The notes below the pieces were generated by a model that saw nothing but the letters and a program-made list of their open reading frames with translations, was not told the DNA's origin and did not search any database. This document shows, in pieces, positions 1 through 10,135 of a stretch of 64,000 nt of DNA. The position numbers and the translations under genes were made by a program. Origin of the DNA: a virus (taxonomy: Duplodnaviria; Caudoviricetes); the IMG/VR virus record IMGVR_UViG_2595698890_000001, positions 14,752 through 78,751 of that record; one strand, given 5' to 3'. How positions within the stretch are numbered: the stretch's first letter is position 1; each line of letters opens with the position of its first letter.

Positions 1-2
1 GT

Positions 3-1301
3 TTCTGGAGAAAAGAGCCCCCAGTGATGGACGAGAACGGCAAGCTTATCAAGGGTGGGATGTTCCCACACCAGCTTGAGTTCTGGGAATCCGAGAGCTT
101 CATCAAGGCTCTTGTTACTGGGTACGGTGGGGGAAAGACTTTCACCGCTGGTAAGTGGTCGATAGCGATGGCTCTTACTAACTCGGGCATACCATTCATG
201 TGTGTGTCCCCATCGTACAAGGTTGCCCGTAAAACGATAGTAATCACCATCAAGGAGTTGCTGCAAGGCAAGCAGACTCTTCTTGAAGGCTTCAGCTGGA
301 AGTACAACAAGTCGGATTGGGAGTTCCTGATCCGATACCGTGGGCGTGAGGGGATCATCTGGATTGGCTCTGGGGACGACCCGGACGCGCTTAAAGGTCC
401 TAACTTGTGTGGCGCTCTGATCGATGAGCCGTTCATACAGCCGCGTGAAGTATTCGAGCAGATGCTCGCTCGTGTACGTCACCCGGGGGCAGTGCAGAAG
501 CACATCGGACTAACAGGAACACCCGAGGACCTTAACTGGGGTTACGACATCACTGAAGGCGACGAGAAAGACAACTTCGACGTACACCTAATCCAAGCAT
601 CCTCGAAAGAGAACAAGGCTCTGGACAAGGAGTACACGGAGCGTCTGGAACGCGGTCTTAGCGAGCAAGCGGCAGAATCATACGTTAGTGGTAAGTTCGT
701 TCCGCTGGCTAAGGGTCGTGTTTACTACGGGTTCTCGCGTGAGCGTAACGTTATGGAGTTCCCGGAAATTCCTAAAGGCGCTGAAATTGGCTTTGGTCTC
801 GACTTCAACGTGAACCCAATGTCGGCGGCTATGTTCTGGACACTCAATGGACACATCCACTTCTTTGATGAGATCCTGCTACCGAACTCGGACACTTACG
901 ACATGTGTGAGACTATACTCGACCTGTACGGAGAGTACCGTCCAGTCTGTTACCCGGATGCTACCGGACGTAAGCGCCAAACTAACGCCGCTGCTGGTAT
1001 GACCGACTTCCGTATAATTAAGGATGAGTACAAGATTAAGATTAACGTTGGTTCTGTGAACCCTCCTAAGCGTGACCGATTCAACATCGTGAACGGAAAG
1101 CTTAATCCTAAGAAGGGTTTGCCGACTATGACCGTCTCCCCTAAGTGCTCGAAGATGATCCGTTACATGGAGTCATATTCACACGAGAAGATGAACCAAC
1201 AGGAAGAAATGTCACACATTCTTGATGCAATGGGCTACCCTGTAGCTCGACTATTCCCACTTAACATGCGTGCCGAGATTAAGAAACTGGCAGGTCACTA
1301 A
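3..1301 (+). CDS. terL: Terminase large subunit (frame open from the window edge, so the true start is probably just upstream)
   Basis: Walker A GYGGGKT, Walker B LIDE, GTPE coupling motif, RNase H-like nuclease GLDFN and HILDAMGY; frame reads FWRKEPPVM from position 3. Confidence 0.95.
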   Translation, partial: FWRKEPPVMDENGKLIKGGMFPHQLEFWESESFIKALVTGYGGGKTFTAGKWSIAMALTNSGIPFMCVSPSYKVARKTIVITIKELLQGKQTLLEGFSWKYNKSDWEFLIRYRGREGIIWIGSGDDPDALKGPNLCGALIDEPFIQPREVFEQMLARVRHPGAVQKHIGLTGTPEDLNWGYDITEGDEKDNFDVHLIQASSKENKALDKEYTERLERGLSEQAAESYVSGKFVPLAKGRVYYGFSRERNVMEFPEIPKGAEIGFGLDFNVNPMSAAMFWTLNGHIHFFDEILLPNSDTYDMCETILDLYGEYRPVCYPDATGRKRQTNAAAGMTDFRIIKDEYKIKINVGSVNPPKRDRFNIVNGKLNPKKGLPTMTVSPKCSKMIRYMESYSHEKMNQQEEMSHILDAMGYPVARLFPLNMRAEIKKLAGH

Positions 1302-1313
1302 GGAGTTTTACTA

Positions 1314-2858
1314 ATGGCTAAAAAGTCTAAGCAGGAAGAAGTTAAAACAATCCCTGCGAAAGAAATCGAATACAAGCACCCAACGTACCACGCCAAGATC
1401 AAGCGTTGGCAGAAGAACCGTTTAGTGTGTTCGGGTACAGACAAGGTTAAAGAAGCGGGCGAGACCTTGCTGCCAAAACTAGAGGGGCAGAGCTCTTCTG
1501 AGTACGAAGCGATGGTTGTCCGTGCTAACTTCTTCCCGGGAGCACTGCGTGCCCTGCACGGTACTAACGGTATGATTCATGCCAAGAACCCGACCATCAA
1601 CTTTCCAGAAAGTAAGCTACACCATCTTACTAATATTGGTCTGTCAGGGTCCTCTATCGCTGAAGTGGCGGAGGAGATCACTGAAGAGCAGATGCTGCAA
1701 GGCTGGGTGGGGATATTTGCTTTCTACACGCACACTGAGGGTGTAGGGGAGCTGAAGCCGTTCCTCTCGGTAATTCAAGCGGAGAGTATCTGGGACTGGC
1801 GCTTTGCTTTAGTAAACGGCGTCAAGCAGCTAACCTACGTTAAGTTCGTGGAGCTGGTAGCGTCTGAGAACTCGAACATGTTCTACACGGAGATGGTCCA
1901 ACAGGTAACACAGCTCTGGTTAGACAAAGACGGCAAGCTTAACCACCGTATCTGCCAGAAGGTCAAGAAGGGTGAAGGTGGTGAGAGCCACTGGATTCAG
2001 AAGCAGGGCGGCGCTGTTTTAGTAAGAGGTAAGCAGGTCGAGGGCGTTCCTTTCCGCCTGATCGGTGCTCGTAAAATGTCGGGCAAGCCTGAAGAAGCGC
2101 CTATCGAGCCTATCGTAGACGTGAACATCTCGCACTACATCACCTCTGCCGACTTGGAGCAAGGTCGCCACTTCACGGCATTGCCAACACCGTACATCTG
2201 TTCCGCTGCGGTGGATGCCGATAAAGAGTTCCGAATCGGTGGATACAACTGCTGGGTGATCCCGGAAGCGGACGCTAAGGTAGGCATGCTTGAGTACACC
2301 GGGCAGGGTCTGCTCTCGCTGGAGAAAGCCGACACTGAGAAGAAGTGGGAAATGGCGGTTCTGGGTGCGCGTATGCTCCAGAACGACAAGAAAGCCAACG
2401 AGTCAAAGGATACGGTTCGACTGCGACAGACTGGTGAGAACAGCATCGTTACTAACGTCGCTCGCCAGTGCTCGACAGCACTCACTTACTTGATCCGCGA
2501 GTTCGTAGCTCCTTGGACACTGGTATCCTCCACGGAGAAGGTAAGCTTCGTACTCACCACGGACTTCCTTACTATCGAGATCTCCACGGATATGCTCAAC
2601 TCAATGGCAGCATTGGTGGCTACGGATAAGATGTCTATGGAAACGTTCTTCTACAACTTGCAGCGTGGCGGTATCTACGAAGCGGGTACGACTATCGAGA
2701 AGGAGCTGGAGCGTATCGAGAAGATGCGAGAGAAGGACCCCGCTCTTACTAAACGTAAAGGCGACGTGGTAGACCTCGATGAAGATGAGGTGGAGAACGA
2801 CCACGTAGACAACCGTGACAAGTCCAAGGACAAGGACGATGGTAAAGGGGAAGAATAG
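1314..2858 (+). CDS. Portal protein (DUF4055-like)
   Basis: Directly follows terL; 514 aa; NISHY-SADLEQGRHFTALPTPY segment typical of DUF4055 portals; AGGAG RBS. Confidence 0.85.
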   Translation: MAKKSKQEEVKTIPAKEIEYKHPTYHAKIKRWQKNRLVCSGTDKVKEAGETLLPKLEGQSSSEYEAMVVRANFFPGALRALHGTNGMIHAKNPTINFPESKLHHLTNIGLSGSSIAEVAEEITEEQMLQGWVGIFAFYTHTEGVGELKPFLSVIQAESIWDWRFALVNGVKQLTYVKFVELVASENSNMFYTEMVQQVTQLWLDKDGKLNHRICQKVKKGEGGESHWIQKQGGAVLVRGKQVEGVPFRLIGARKMSGKPEEAPIEPIVDVNISHYITSADLEQGRHFTALPTPYICSAAVDADKEFRIGGYNCWVIPEADAKVGMLEYTGQGLLSLEKADTEKKWEMAVLGARMLQNDKKANESKDTVRLRQTGENSIVTNVARQCSTALTYLIREFVAPWTLVSSTEKVSFVLTTDFLTIEISTDMLNSMAALVATDKMSMETFFYNLQRGGIYEAGTTIEKELERIEKMREKDPALTKRKGDVVDLDEDEVENDHVDNRDKSKDKDDGKGEE

Positions 2859-3976
2859 TGGCGAACATTAGTGACAATCTGGCGGTAGTATTAGCTGACC
2901 ACCAGATTGATCTCTACCGCTACGAAGCAAATCAGCGGCAGGACATTGCCGCTTTTCTGCTGGCTATGGCGGACGAGATTAGAAAAGCTATTATCAGCGC
3001 GGACGTAGAATCCGTTCCTTTTGTTACTAAGAAGAAGCTCAATGCTTTACTAAAAGAGATTGAGCAGATCATCAAGCAGTACTACCGCGACGCACGTGAC
3101 TACCACCTCGGGGAACTGAAAGAGCTCAGTGTCCTTGAATACGCGGCGGCAGCTGCTAACATTAACAGCGTGGTGGGTGTTACCGTCTTCGAGACGTTCC
3201 TTACTAACCACTTCCTAGAGAGCGTAGTTAGTAATGTTCTAATCGAGGGCGCTCCATCAAAAGAGTGGTGGGCTCGACAGGCTACGGACACGATGGAGAA
3301 GTTCGTAGACCAGATCCGAATGGGCGTGGCTCTAGGTGAGACTAACGATCAGCTGATTAAACGTGTTCTAGGAAACTTCACAGGCACGTATAGTAGGAGG
3401 AAGTTAGCGGACGGGACTACCAAACGCTACGGCAACTACGAAGGCGGAATCTTAAATGGCTCTCGCAGCAATGCTTCTACTTTAGTAAGAAGCTCTGTTC
3501 AGGCGATTGCCAATGATGCTAAGATGCGCCTGTACGCAGCTAATGATGACCTGATTTACGGATACCAGCAACTATCAGTTCTGGACCTCAAAACTTCAGA
3601 CATCTGCATCGCACGTAGTGGCTTAGCTTGGACGGTTGACGGAAAGCCTATTGGCAATCACAAGAAGCGTTTCCGTATCCCACCGCTACACTGGAACTGT
3701 CGGTCACTGCTCATGCCTATTCTCAAGTCGTGGCAAGATATGCCCGGCAAAGTGGTTACAAGTTTACCGGGGAGTATGCAAGCTAGCATGGATGGATTAG
3801 TTAGTGCGTCTGAGACGTATGAAGATATGCTAAAACGACGCTCGGATCGTGAGGTACGCCAAGTACTCGGTCCAGCTCGATACAAGTTATGGAAGGCTGG
3901 CAAACTAAGCCTACGTGACTTAACTGATCAAGATGATCGCCCATTAACATTGAAACAACTTCGAGAACGTGTTTAA
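2858..3976 (+). CDS. Minor head / head morphogenesis protein (SPP1 gp7 / Mu F family)
   Basis: LD-KTS-IC and PPLHWNCRS motifs; position after the portal. Confidence 0.9.
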   Translation: MANISDNLAVVLADHQIDLYRYEANQRQDIAAFLLAMADEIRKAIISADVESVPFVTKKKLNALLKEIEQIIKQYYRDARDYHLGELKELSVLEYAAAAANINSVVGVTVFETFLTNHFLESVVSNVLIEGAPSKEWWARQATDTMEKFVDQIRMGVALGETNDQLIKRVLGNFTGTYSRRKLADGTTKRYGNYEGGILNGSRSNASTLVRSSVQAIANDAKMRLYAANDDLIYGYQQLSVLDLKTSDICIARSGLAWTVDGKPIGNHKKRFRIPPLHWNCRSLLMPILKSWQDMPGKVVTSLPGSMQASMDGLVSASETYEDMLKRRSDREVRQVLGPARYKLWKAGKLSLRDLTDQDDRPLTLKQLRERV

Positions 3977-4023
3977 AATACACCTCGAAATTTACTAACC
4001 GTAAAAACCTAAAGGAAGTAATC

Positions 4024-4821
4024 ATGCTTAAATTCCGTGTTGCTAAAATCGACGACGTTGAAGAACAATTCCGCCACCTGTACATCCAGCAAGCGGATGG
4101 CTCTTTTCAGCTTGGTGTTGAAGGTGCTGTAGATAAAACTAAGGTAGATGAGTTCCGTAACACAAATACCAATCTAACTCAGCAAAAAGAGCAGTTAGAG
4201 CAGCAACTACAGCAAATGGCACAGCAATTCGATGGTCTTGATCCAGAAAAAGCTAAAGAAGCTATGGAGATGATGAACAAGATCCGCGACCAGAAGCTAA
4301 TCGAAGAAGGTAAGATCGAAGAGCTTATCGAAGCGCGTACCAAAGACATGATGACCAATCATCAATCGCGTGAGCAAGAGCTAACTGGCTCTATCAAAGA
4401 GTGGGAAACTAAGTTCGGCAACCTGCAAGGTCAATACCGTAAGCTGCGTATCGGTTCAGACATCCTAGGCTCGCTAGACAAGATCGGTAAGATCCACGGT
4501 TCATCTCGTGACATCATCACCGACCTAGCGGCTCAAGTTTGGCATCTGGGTGACGACGACAAGCTCGTCGCTATGAAGGGCGACCAGAAAGTCTACAGCC
4601 CTACGGACGCAACCAAGCCGCTTACTCCTGAAGAGTGGTGTCTACAGCTTGCGAATGACCGTCCGTACCTGTTCGAGTCAACTACTACAATGGGTAGCGG
4701 TCAAGGCGGTCAATCTGGTGGTCAGCACGTTAAGGGTGTGATCAGCGGTGACGACATGGATGCTTTCGAGCAGAACTTGGAAGCAATCGCAGCTGGTGAA
4801 GTTCAAGTTAACGTCGGTTAA
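4024..4821 (+). CDS. Capsid scaffolding protein
   Basis: Coiled-coil, acidic, PYLF followed by a Gly-rich linker; lies just before the major capsid gene. Confidence 0.75.
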   Translation: MLKFRVAKIDDVEEQFRHLYIQQADGSFQLGVEGAVDKTKVDEFRNTNTNLTQQKEQLEQQLQQMAQQFDGLDPEKAKEAMEMMNKIRDQKLIEEGKIEELIEARTKDMMTNHQSREQELTGSIKEWETKFGNLQGQYRKLRIGSDILGSLDKIGKIHGSSRDIITDLAAQVWHLGDDDKLVAMKGDQKVYSPTDATKPLTPEEWCLQLANDRPYLFESTTTMGSGQGGQSGGQHVKGVISGDDMDAFEQNLEAIAAGEVQVNVG

Positions 4822-4844
4822 TTTTTACTAAGATTAAAGTGCAT

Positions 4845-4869
4845 AAAGCCACCTTCGGGTGGCTTTTTT
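4845..4869 (+). terminator. Intrinsic terminator
   Basis: AAAGCCACC-TTCG-GGTGGCTTT followed by a T tract. Confidence 0.9.
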
Positions 4870-4889
4870 AGTTTTTATTAATAAGAGGC

Positions 4890-4920
4890 TTGACGACTGT
4901 CTGTATTTGGGTTTTATAAT
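4890..4920 (+). promoter_or_regulatory. Sigma70-like promoter for the major capsid gene
   Basis: TTGACG-N19-TATAAT directly after a terminator; the spacer is long. Confidence 0.5.
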
Positions 4921-5026
4921 GTAACCAACAAAGCAAAACTTACTTAACGGCGGGGTCGTTATTTAAGGGTTTCGGGGAAACCATGCGAACTAACTTTATT
5001 AAACGACAACACGAGGATTTAGCACT

Positions 5027-6154
5027 ATGGCTAATACTTTAGAAGCTGTCGCCCCGAAGCTGTTAGCTCAGGGCTTGATGGCACTTCGCGGCACGAACGT
5101 AATGCCTACTTTAGTAAACCGCGACTATGATCGTGATTTAGCAGCCAAGGGTCTGACAGTGGATATTCCAATCCCTTCAGCTGTTCCTACGCAGGACGTT
5201 GCACCGGGCGCAACTCCTCCAAACACTGGCGACATCGCACCTACTGTAGCGAAAGTTACACTAGACAAGTGGAAAGAAGCACCGTTCTACCTAACGGATA
5301 AAGACGTTAAGCAATCTATGAACGGCATTATCCCACTACAGGCATCTGAAGCGGTTAAGTCTCTAGTAAACGACGTGAACGCCGACATCCTTGGTAAGTA
5401 CACTTCAGTTTACGGCATGGTTGGTACTCCGGGTGTGACTCCATTCGGTTCAAACACTAAAGAAGCAACGGACGCTCGTACTAAGCTGAACATCCAGCTT
5501 GCACCGGGTCAAGACCGTCGTTTCGTTATGGACCCATCTGCGGAAGGTAACGCGCTTAACCTACGTGCATTTAACGACACTAACTTCGCAGTAACTGCGC
5601 AAGACGTTCGTGACGGTAAGATGGCTCGTAAACTTGGCTTCGACTGGGCGATGGATCAACAAGTACCTGTACACGCAGCTGGTCTTTCCACTGCGGCTGT
5701 TAACGGTGCTGGTCAGACTGGCAACCAACTTGCGTTCGACGGCGGTGTTAACGCTGCGGATGGCGGTGCTGCTGTTAAAGCTGGTGACATCTTCACAATT
5801 GCGGGCGACGCACAGACTTACGCCGTAGTTGCAACAACTGGCGCTAAAGCTGGTACTTTGACAATCACTCCGTCTATCAAGAAAGCTCCGGCTGACGACG
5901 CTGTGATCACGTTCAAACCTACTCACACTGTTAACTTGGCATTCCACCGCGACGCGTTCGCATTCGCATCTCGTCCTCTGGCTGACCAAACTACAGGCTT
6001 GGGCAACATCATCCGTACAGCTACAGACCCAGTCACTGGTCTTGCTCTACGTCTTGAAATCAGCCGTGAGCACAAACGTACTCGCTTCTCGTACGACCTA
6101 CTATGGGGTTCTTCTCTAGTACGTCCTGAGCTTGCAGTCCGCGTTGCTGGCTAA
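5027..6154 (+). CDS. Major capsid protein (P22 coat-like, with a beta-rich insertion domain)
   Basis: VNRDYD, NLAFHRDAFAFASRPL and YDLLWG-VRPELAVR patterns; highly biased codon usage. Confidence 0.9.
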   Translation: MANTLEAVAPKLLAQGLMALRGTNVMPTLVNRDYDRDLAAKGLTVDIPIPSAVPTQDVAPGATPPNTGDIAPTVAKVTLDKWKEAPFYLTDKDVKQSMNGIIPLQASEAVKSLVNDVNADILGKYTSVYGMVGTPGVTPFGSNTKEATDARTKLNIQLAPGQDRRFVMDPSAEGNALNLRAFNDTNFAVTAQDVRDGKMARKLGFDWAMDQQVPVHAAGLSTAAVNGAGQTGNQLAFDGGVNAADGGAAVKAGDIFTIAGDAQTYAVVATTGAKAGTLTITPSIKKAPADDAVITFKPTHTVNLAFHRDAFAFASRPLADQTTGLGNIIRTATDPVTGLALRLEISREHKRTRFSYDLLWGSSLVRPELAVRVAG

Positions 6155-6170
6155 TAGCGTATAGGTTGTT

Positions 6171-6203
6171 GGGAGGTTGGGATTGCCCACCTCCCTTTTA
6201 TTT
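6171..6203 (+). terminator. Intrinsic terminator after the capsid gene
   Basis: GGGAGGT...ACCTCCC stem plus T tract. Confidence 0.7.
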
Positions 6204-6221
6204 TAACTTTAGTAAACGAGA

Positions 6222-6695
6222 GTGAATACTATGTCTCAGATTGACCCACAAGCGATGCTACAACAAATCCTAGCGGCTTCAGACAATCCGGCTGAACTGC
6301 TACGTGGTGCGATTCAAGAAGCTACACAAGGCGAAGGCTCTAACAACGCACTTCAACAGCTTGAGCTACTTCTTGCGTCTGATCCAAACCTTAAACACCA
6401 CCTACGCTCTGGTATGCCTTCAAGCATCCAAGAGCACTTGCGTTACGTACCGACTATGGTAGTTACATTCCAGAACGGTGCGTTCGGTGGTAAGCCAATG
6501 ACGATCAATACTTCTGACTTCGACGAAGCCCTGCACAAAAAAGTGGATATGGGTAAGTTAGTAAAAGAAGCTGCTAAGCAGGTAGAAGATGCTACGGACG
6601 AAACGGATGAGACTCCAGCGCCGGAAGAGCCAGCTGCTACTACTGAAGGCGAAGAAGATGCGCCTAAGCAACAACGCTCACGCCGTCGTAACTAA
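6222..6695 (+). CDS. Hypothetical protein with acidic then Arg-rich C-terminus
   Basis: Open frame with phage-like codon bias; bounded by terminators. Confidence 0.7.
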   Translation: MNTMSQIDPQAMLQQILAASDNPAELLRGAIQEATQGEGSNNALQQLELLLASDPNLKHHLRSGMPSSIQEHLRYVPTMVVTFQNGAFGGKPMTINTSDFDEALHKKVDMGKLVKEAAKQVEDATDETDETPAPEEPAATTEGEEDAPKQQRSRRRN

Positions 6696-6726
6696 TCTTA
6701 GTAACCGACACGGCGGATTGATTTGG

Positions 6727-6755
6727 AAGGAGGGGGCTTAGCTTCCTCCTTTTTT
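6727..6755 (+). terminator. Intrinsic terminator
   Basis: AAGGAGGGGGC-TTA-GCTTCCTCCTT plus T tract. Confidence 0.75.
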
Positions 6756-6773
6756 CGTTTCTGGAGATTACTA

Positions 6774-7316
6774 ATGGCAATCACATTAATTGTACAACAG
6801 GGTCGATACCCTATTCGCGGAGCTAACTCCTTCGCATCGGTGGAAGACGCCGACAAGTACCACGAGCAACGCGGTAACACTGCGTGGGCTGCATTAGACG
6901 CGGAGAAGAAGAAAGCCGCTCTGATCCAAGCTACGGACTTCATGGCAAGCGAGTACAAGTTCCGTGGGCGCAAGATGTATGGTGAGGAGGACCCTAACTT
7001 CCCACAACTTCTTCCTTTCCCACGCGCAGAGTTTGAGGACTCGGCTGGAAGATCTATTCTGGAGACACCGCAGGGTGTTGTCCGTGCGACTATCGAACTG
7101 GCTGGATACGCTTCAAAAGCACCTCTTTATCCGAACCAAGAGAACTTACTAAAACCGGGTGGTCTAGTTACTAAAGTTAGTAAGAAGACTGGTCCTCTCA
7201 CAACAACATACGAATACGCCAACCCTACTGTGGTACTGCGAGCTACACCTCTCTACAAGAAGGTCACTGGCTGGCTTAACGACTACACGTACACCAATGG
7301 TCGTATTCTTCGCTAG
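6774..7316 (+). CDS. Head-tail adaptor (DnaT-like ssDNA-binding family)
   Basis: GANSFASVEDADKY, KAALIQATDF, LPFPR motifs; GGAG RBS before ATG 6774. Confidence 0.8.
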   Translation: MAITLIVQQGRYPIRGANSFASVEDADKYHEQRGNTAWAALDAEKKKAALIQATDFMASEYKFRGRKMYGEEDPNFPQLLPFPRAEFEDSAGRSILETPQGVVRATIELAGYASKAPLYPNQENLLKPGGLVTKVSKKTGPLTTTYEYANPTVVLRATPLYKKVTGWLNDYTYTNGRILR

Positions 7317-7327
7317 GAGTCTTATTA

Positions 7328-7720
7328 ATGTCTGATTATACGCAGGAGCAACTAGACGCTCTAGAGAGTATCAAGGAAGCGGGAGCACAGTTCGACTTTG
7401 AACTTACCACGTTCACAGCGAATGCAGACAAGCCTTGGTTGGGTGGCACACCCTCAGTAGAGAAGATTCAACTGTGGGCGTGCGTGTTCCCCACTAGCAC
7501 CGCTCCCGGGGCTCTGACGGAGCCAATGTTCAAGGAAGGTACTTTAGTGGAGTCGCAGACCCGGTACATATTAGCCGCTGGGGAGGGTAGAACAACTCAC
7601 CCTAATACTGGCGACGTTATGAAAAACCTAGAGGGTAGCGATTGGTCTATAATGGGATGCGCCCCGCTGACTGTTAATGGTCAAGGCGCAATAATTTACG
7701 AGATGGTAGTAAAACGATGA
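7328..7720 (+). CDS. Head closure / head-tail joining protein
   Basis: Size and synteny; beta-rich C-terminus. Confidence 0.6.
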   Translation: MSDYTQEQLDALESIKEAGAQFDFELTTFTANADKPWLGGTPSVEKIQLWACVFPTSTAPGALTEPMFKEGTLVESQTRYILAAGEGRTTHPNTGDVMKNLEGSDWSIMGCAPLTVNGQGAIIYEMVVKR

Positions 7721-8136
7721 GAGATGATAAAGCTAGAGAGGTGATCGGGGAGGCGTTAGTCGCAGGTCTAAAAGCTGCGGGTATCACCATCGACATAGCT
7801 CAAGAGGGCTACCCGTACAAGGGCGCAGCCAATAAGCCTTACCTTGAGGTGAGCTTCAGTGTAGAATCGACCTCAAGCCAGTCATTAGGCGACGCGGGGA
7901 ACAGGTCTTTTGTCCGCGACGGTGTTTTCCACGTGAACGTATACACACCCTTCACAGCTGGAAGCTCTGCCATGACAGCTCACATTTACGCACTGGCAGT
8001 GCGTGATATTTTCGAAGGCAAGCACTTCGATAAAGACCTTTGGTTCTGGGAGTGTAAAGCCTCGCCAGCGGGATCAAACGGAAACTATAACGTAGCGTAC
8101 GCGAACTGCGCGTTCCGCTTTCAAGAAATCAAGTAG
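7717..8136 (+). CDS. Tail terminator protein
   Basis: 139 aa directly before the tail tube gene; GVFHVNVYTP pattern. Confidence 0.65.
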   Translation: MRDDKAREVIGEALVAGLKAAGITIDIAQEGYPYKGAANKPYLEVSFSVESTSSQSLGDAGNRSFVRDGVFHVNVYTPFTAGSSAMTAHIYALAVRDIFEGKHFDKDLWFWECKASPAGSNGNYNVAYANCAFRFQEIK

Positions 8137-8147
8137 GAGACTTACTA

Positions 8148-9590
8148 ATGAGTGATACTAACCGTGTCCGCCTCGCTCTCTTAGAAGAGACGACGCCGGG
8201 AGTAGTACCAAACAATCCAAAGTTAGTTCGCCAGCGTGTTACTAACATGCCATCCCTAGCGGTGACACCGGAAACCATCGAGTCTGAAGAGCTGGACCCA
8301 ACTATGCAGACTACCGACCTTATCAAAGTAGGTCAGTCTGTAGGTGGTGAGTTCGGCATGGAGTTCAGCTACGACGCACAGCACCAAGTTATGATCGGCG
8401 TTATGCGTAACAGCTGGCAGAGCCATCCTAAATACGTGGGTGCTGAAGTTGGTTCTATCTCAGCTGGTAAGGTTGGCGTTGCCAACAAGACCGCTATCAT
8501 CCCGGTAGGTGCGCTAGTACTGCTGAAGAACTTCAACAACAATGCCAACAATGGCGTGAAGCCTGTTACGGCGGCTACGGCTACTGAGATCACCGCTACT
8601 GGTGTTGTGGCTGATACTGCTAAGACAGGAAAAGAAGCTGTACACCTTGTGGGATTCCAAGGCGGTGAGGGGCACTTGTCTGTCAGTGCGAATGAGCTTA
8701 TCGCGTCGTCGGCGTCTAACTTAGATTTTACTAAGTTTAAACTTCGTCCGGGCTCACTGATCAAGATCGGTGGGAAGGACGCAGCTAACCGCTTCGCCAC
8801 AGCCGCTGTTAACGGTCGCGTGCGTGTTACTAAGGTTGAGGCTAAGAAGTTAACGCTCACTGGCTTACCGACAGGCTGGGCAGCTGACAACGGCAGTGGC
8901 AAGAAGATCTCTGTGTGGACACCGGAAGACGACATCGTTAACGGTGTGGCTACTAAAGCGTTTACGTTCCTACAATCGTTCCTAGACCACAACCCGGTAA
9001 CACACCAAGTGTTTAACGGGATGCGCGTGGGTACTCTTAACATGGAGATGCGTTCTAAACAGATCGTAACCTTCACTGTTAACGCACAGGGTACTAAGGG
9101 CGACATCAACGAGTCAGGCATCGCAAGCGCGACTATCTTGCCAGCGTCTACGGACACAGTGATCAACACCTCTTCAAACGTAGCTGAGCTACAAGAGAAT
9201 GGGCAGAAGATCGCGGGTCCTAACTACGTTACGGGCATGACACTGGCGCTTAACAACAACCCACGTAACGATGACGCTATCGGCTACGAGTCTCCGGTTA
9301 ACATCGGTGGCGGTACGTTCCAGCTAACAGGCACCATCAATACCTACTTCGGCAACAAGTCGATGGTAGAGAAGGTGATCAACAACAGCGAGACTTCATT
9401 GCTGCTGGACTTCGTAGACGGAAGCGGTCAGCACGTCGTATGGGATGCTCCTCGCGTTAAGTACTCAAGCGGCTCTCCGGCGGTATCGGGCAAGAACGCG
9501 GCTAACACCGCAGACTTGGGCTACACCGCTCTGAAACACCCAGATTACGGCTACACACTGGGCGTACAGAAGTTCCGCTACATGGAATAA
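8148..9590 (+). CDS. Major tail tube protein with an internal accessory domain
   Basis: N-terminal EETTPGVVP and IESEEL motifs of siphovirus tail tube proteins; synteny. Confidence 0.85.
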   Translation: MSDTNRVRLALLEETTPGVVPNNPKLVRQRVTNMPSLAVTPETIESEELDPTMQTTDLIKVGQSVGGEFGMEFSYDAQHQVMIGVMRNSWQSHPKYVGAEVGSISAGKVGVANKTAIIPVGALVLLKNFNNNANNGVKPVTAATATEITATGVVADTAKTGKEAVHLVGFQGGEGHLSVSANELIASSASNLDFTKFKLRPGSLIKIGGKDAANRFATAAVNGRVRVTKVEAKKLTLTGLPTGWAADNGSGKKISVWTPEDDIVNGVATKAFTFLQSFLDHNPVTHQVFNGMRVGTLNMEMRSKQIVTFTVNAQGTKGDINESGIASATILPASTDTVINTSSNVAELQENGQKIAGPNYVTGMTLALNNNPRNDDAIGYESPVNIGGGTFQLTGTINTYFGNKSMVEKVINNSETSLLLDFVDGSGQHVVWDAPRVKYSSGSPAVSGKNAANTADLGYTALKHPDYGYTLGVQKFRYME

Positions 9591-9629
9591 TCATGGCACT
9601 TGCGCCAAGAGCAAACCTAGAATAAGATC

Positions 9630-9654
9630 AAAGCGTCCATAAGGGCGCTTTTTT
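9630..9654 (+). terminator. Intrinsic terminator
   Basis: AAAGCGTCC-ATAA-GGGCGCTTT plus T tract. Confidence 0.8.
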
Positions 9655-9679
9655 AATATTAGTAAACAAGGAAAATACA

Positions 9680-10135
9680 ATGAGTAAGAAGACTTCTCCT
9701 TTCGCTATGTTCCGCACTTCAACTAACGACGAAGTGAATGGTGTGTATATTAACTACGGCTCGTTCCGTATCCTAGTAGCACACGCTGGCGGCGCAAACA
9801 CGGCGTACAACCGCCTACTTATGAAACTGGGCAAGCCTTACCTTAAACTGATCAAGTCGGGCAACCTACCGGAAGAAGTTACGAAAGAGATCGATGAGAA
9901 GCTGTACACGCAGACTATCATCAAAGGCTTCCAAGTGGATGAGTCCAAAGACGGTGATAAAGAGCCTAAGTGGGTATCGGGCATCCCGACTGAAAGCGGT
10001 GAAGTTGTCGAGTACAACGAAGAGAACTTAGTAAACCTACTGCGTGAGCTTCCGCACCTATTTGACGACATCAAAGCATTCGCTATGGATATGTCGAACT
10101 TCAAACCGGATCTGGAAGTAGCGAAGGGAAACTAA
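9680..10135 (+). CDS. Tail assembly chaperone (gpG-like)
   Basis: Between tail tube and tape measure genes; ends in slippery G GGA AAC. Confidence 0.85.
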   Translation: MSKKTSPFAMFRTSTNDEVNGVYINYGSFRILVAHAGGANTAYNRLLMKLGKPYLKLIKSGNLPEEVTKEIDEKLYTQTIIKGFQVDESKDGDKEPKWVSGIPTESGEVVEYNEENLVNLLRELPHLFDDIKAFAMDMSNFKPDLEVAKGN

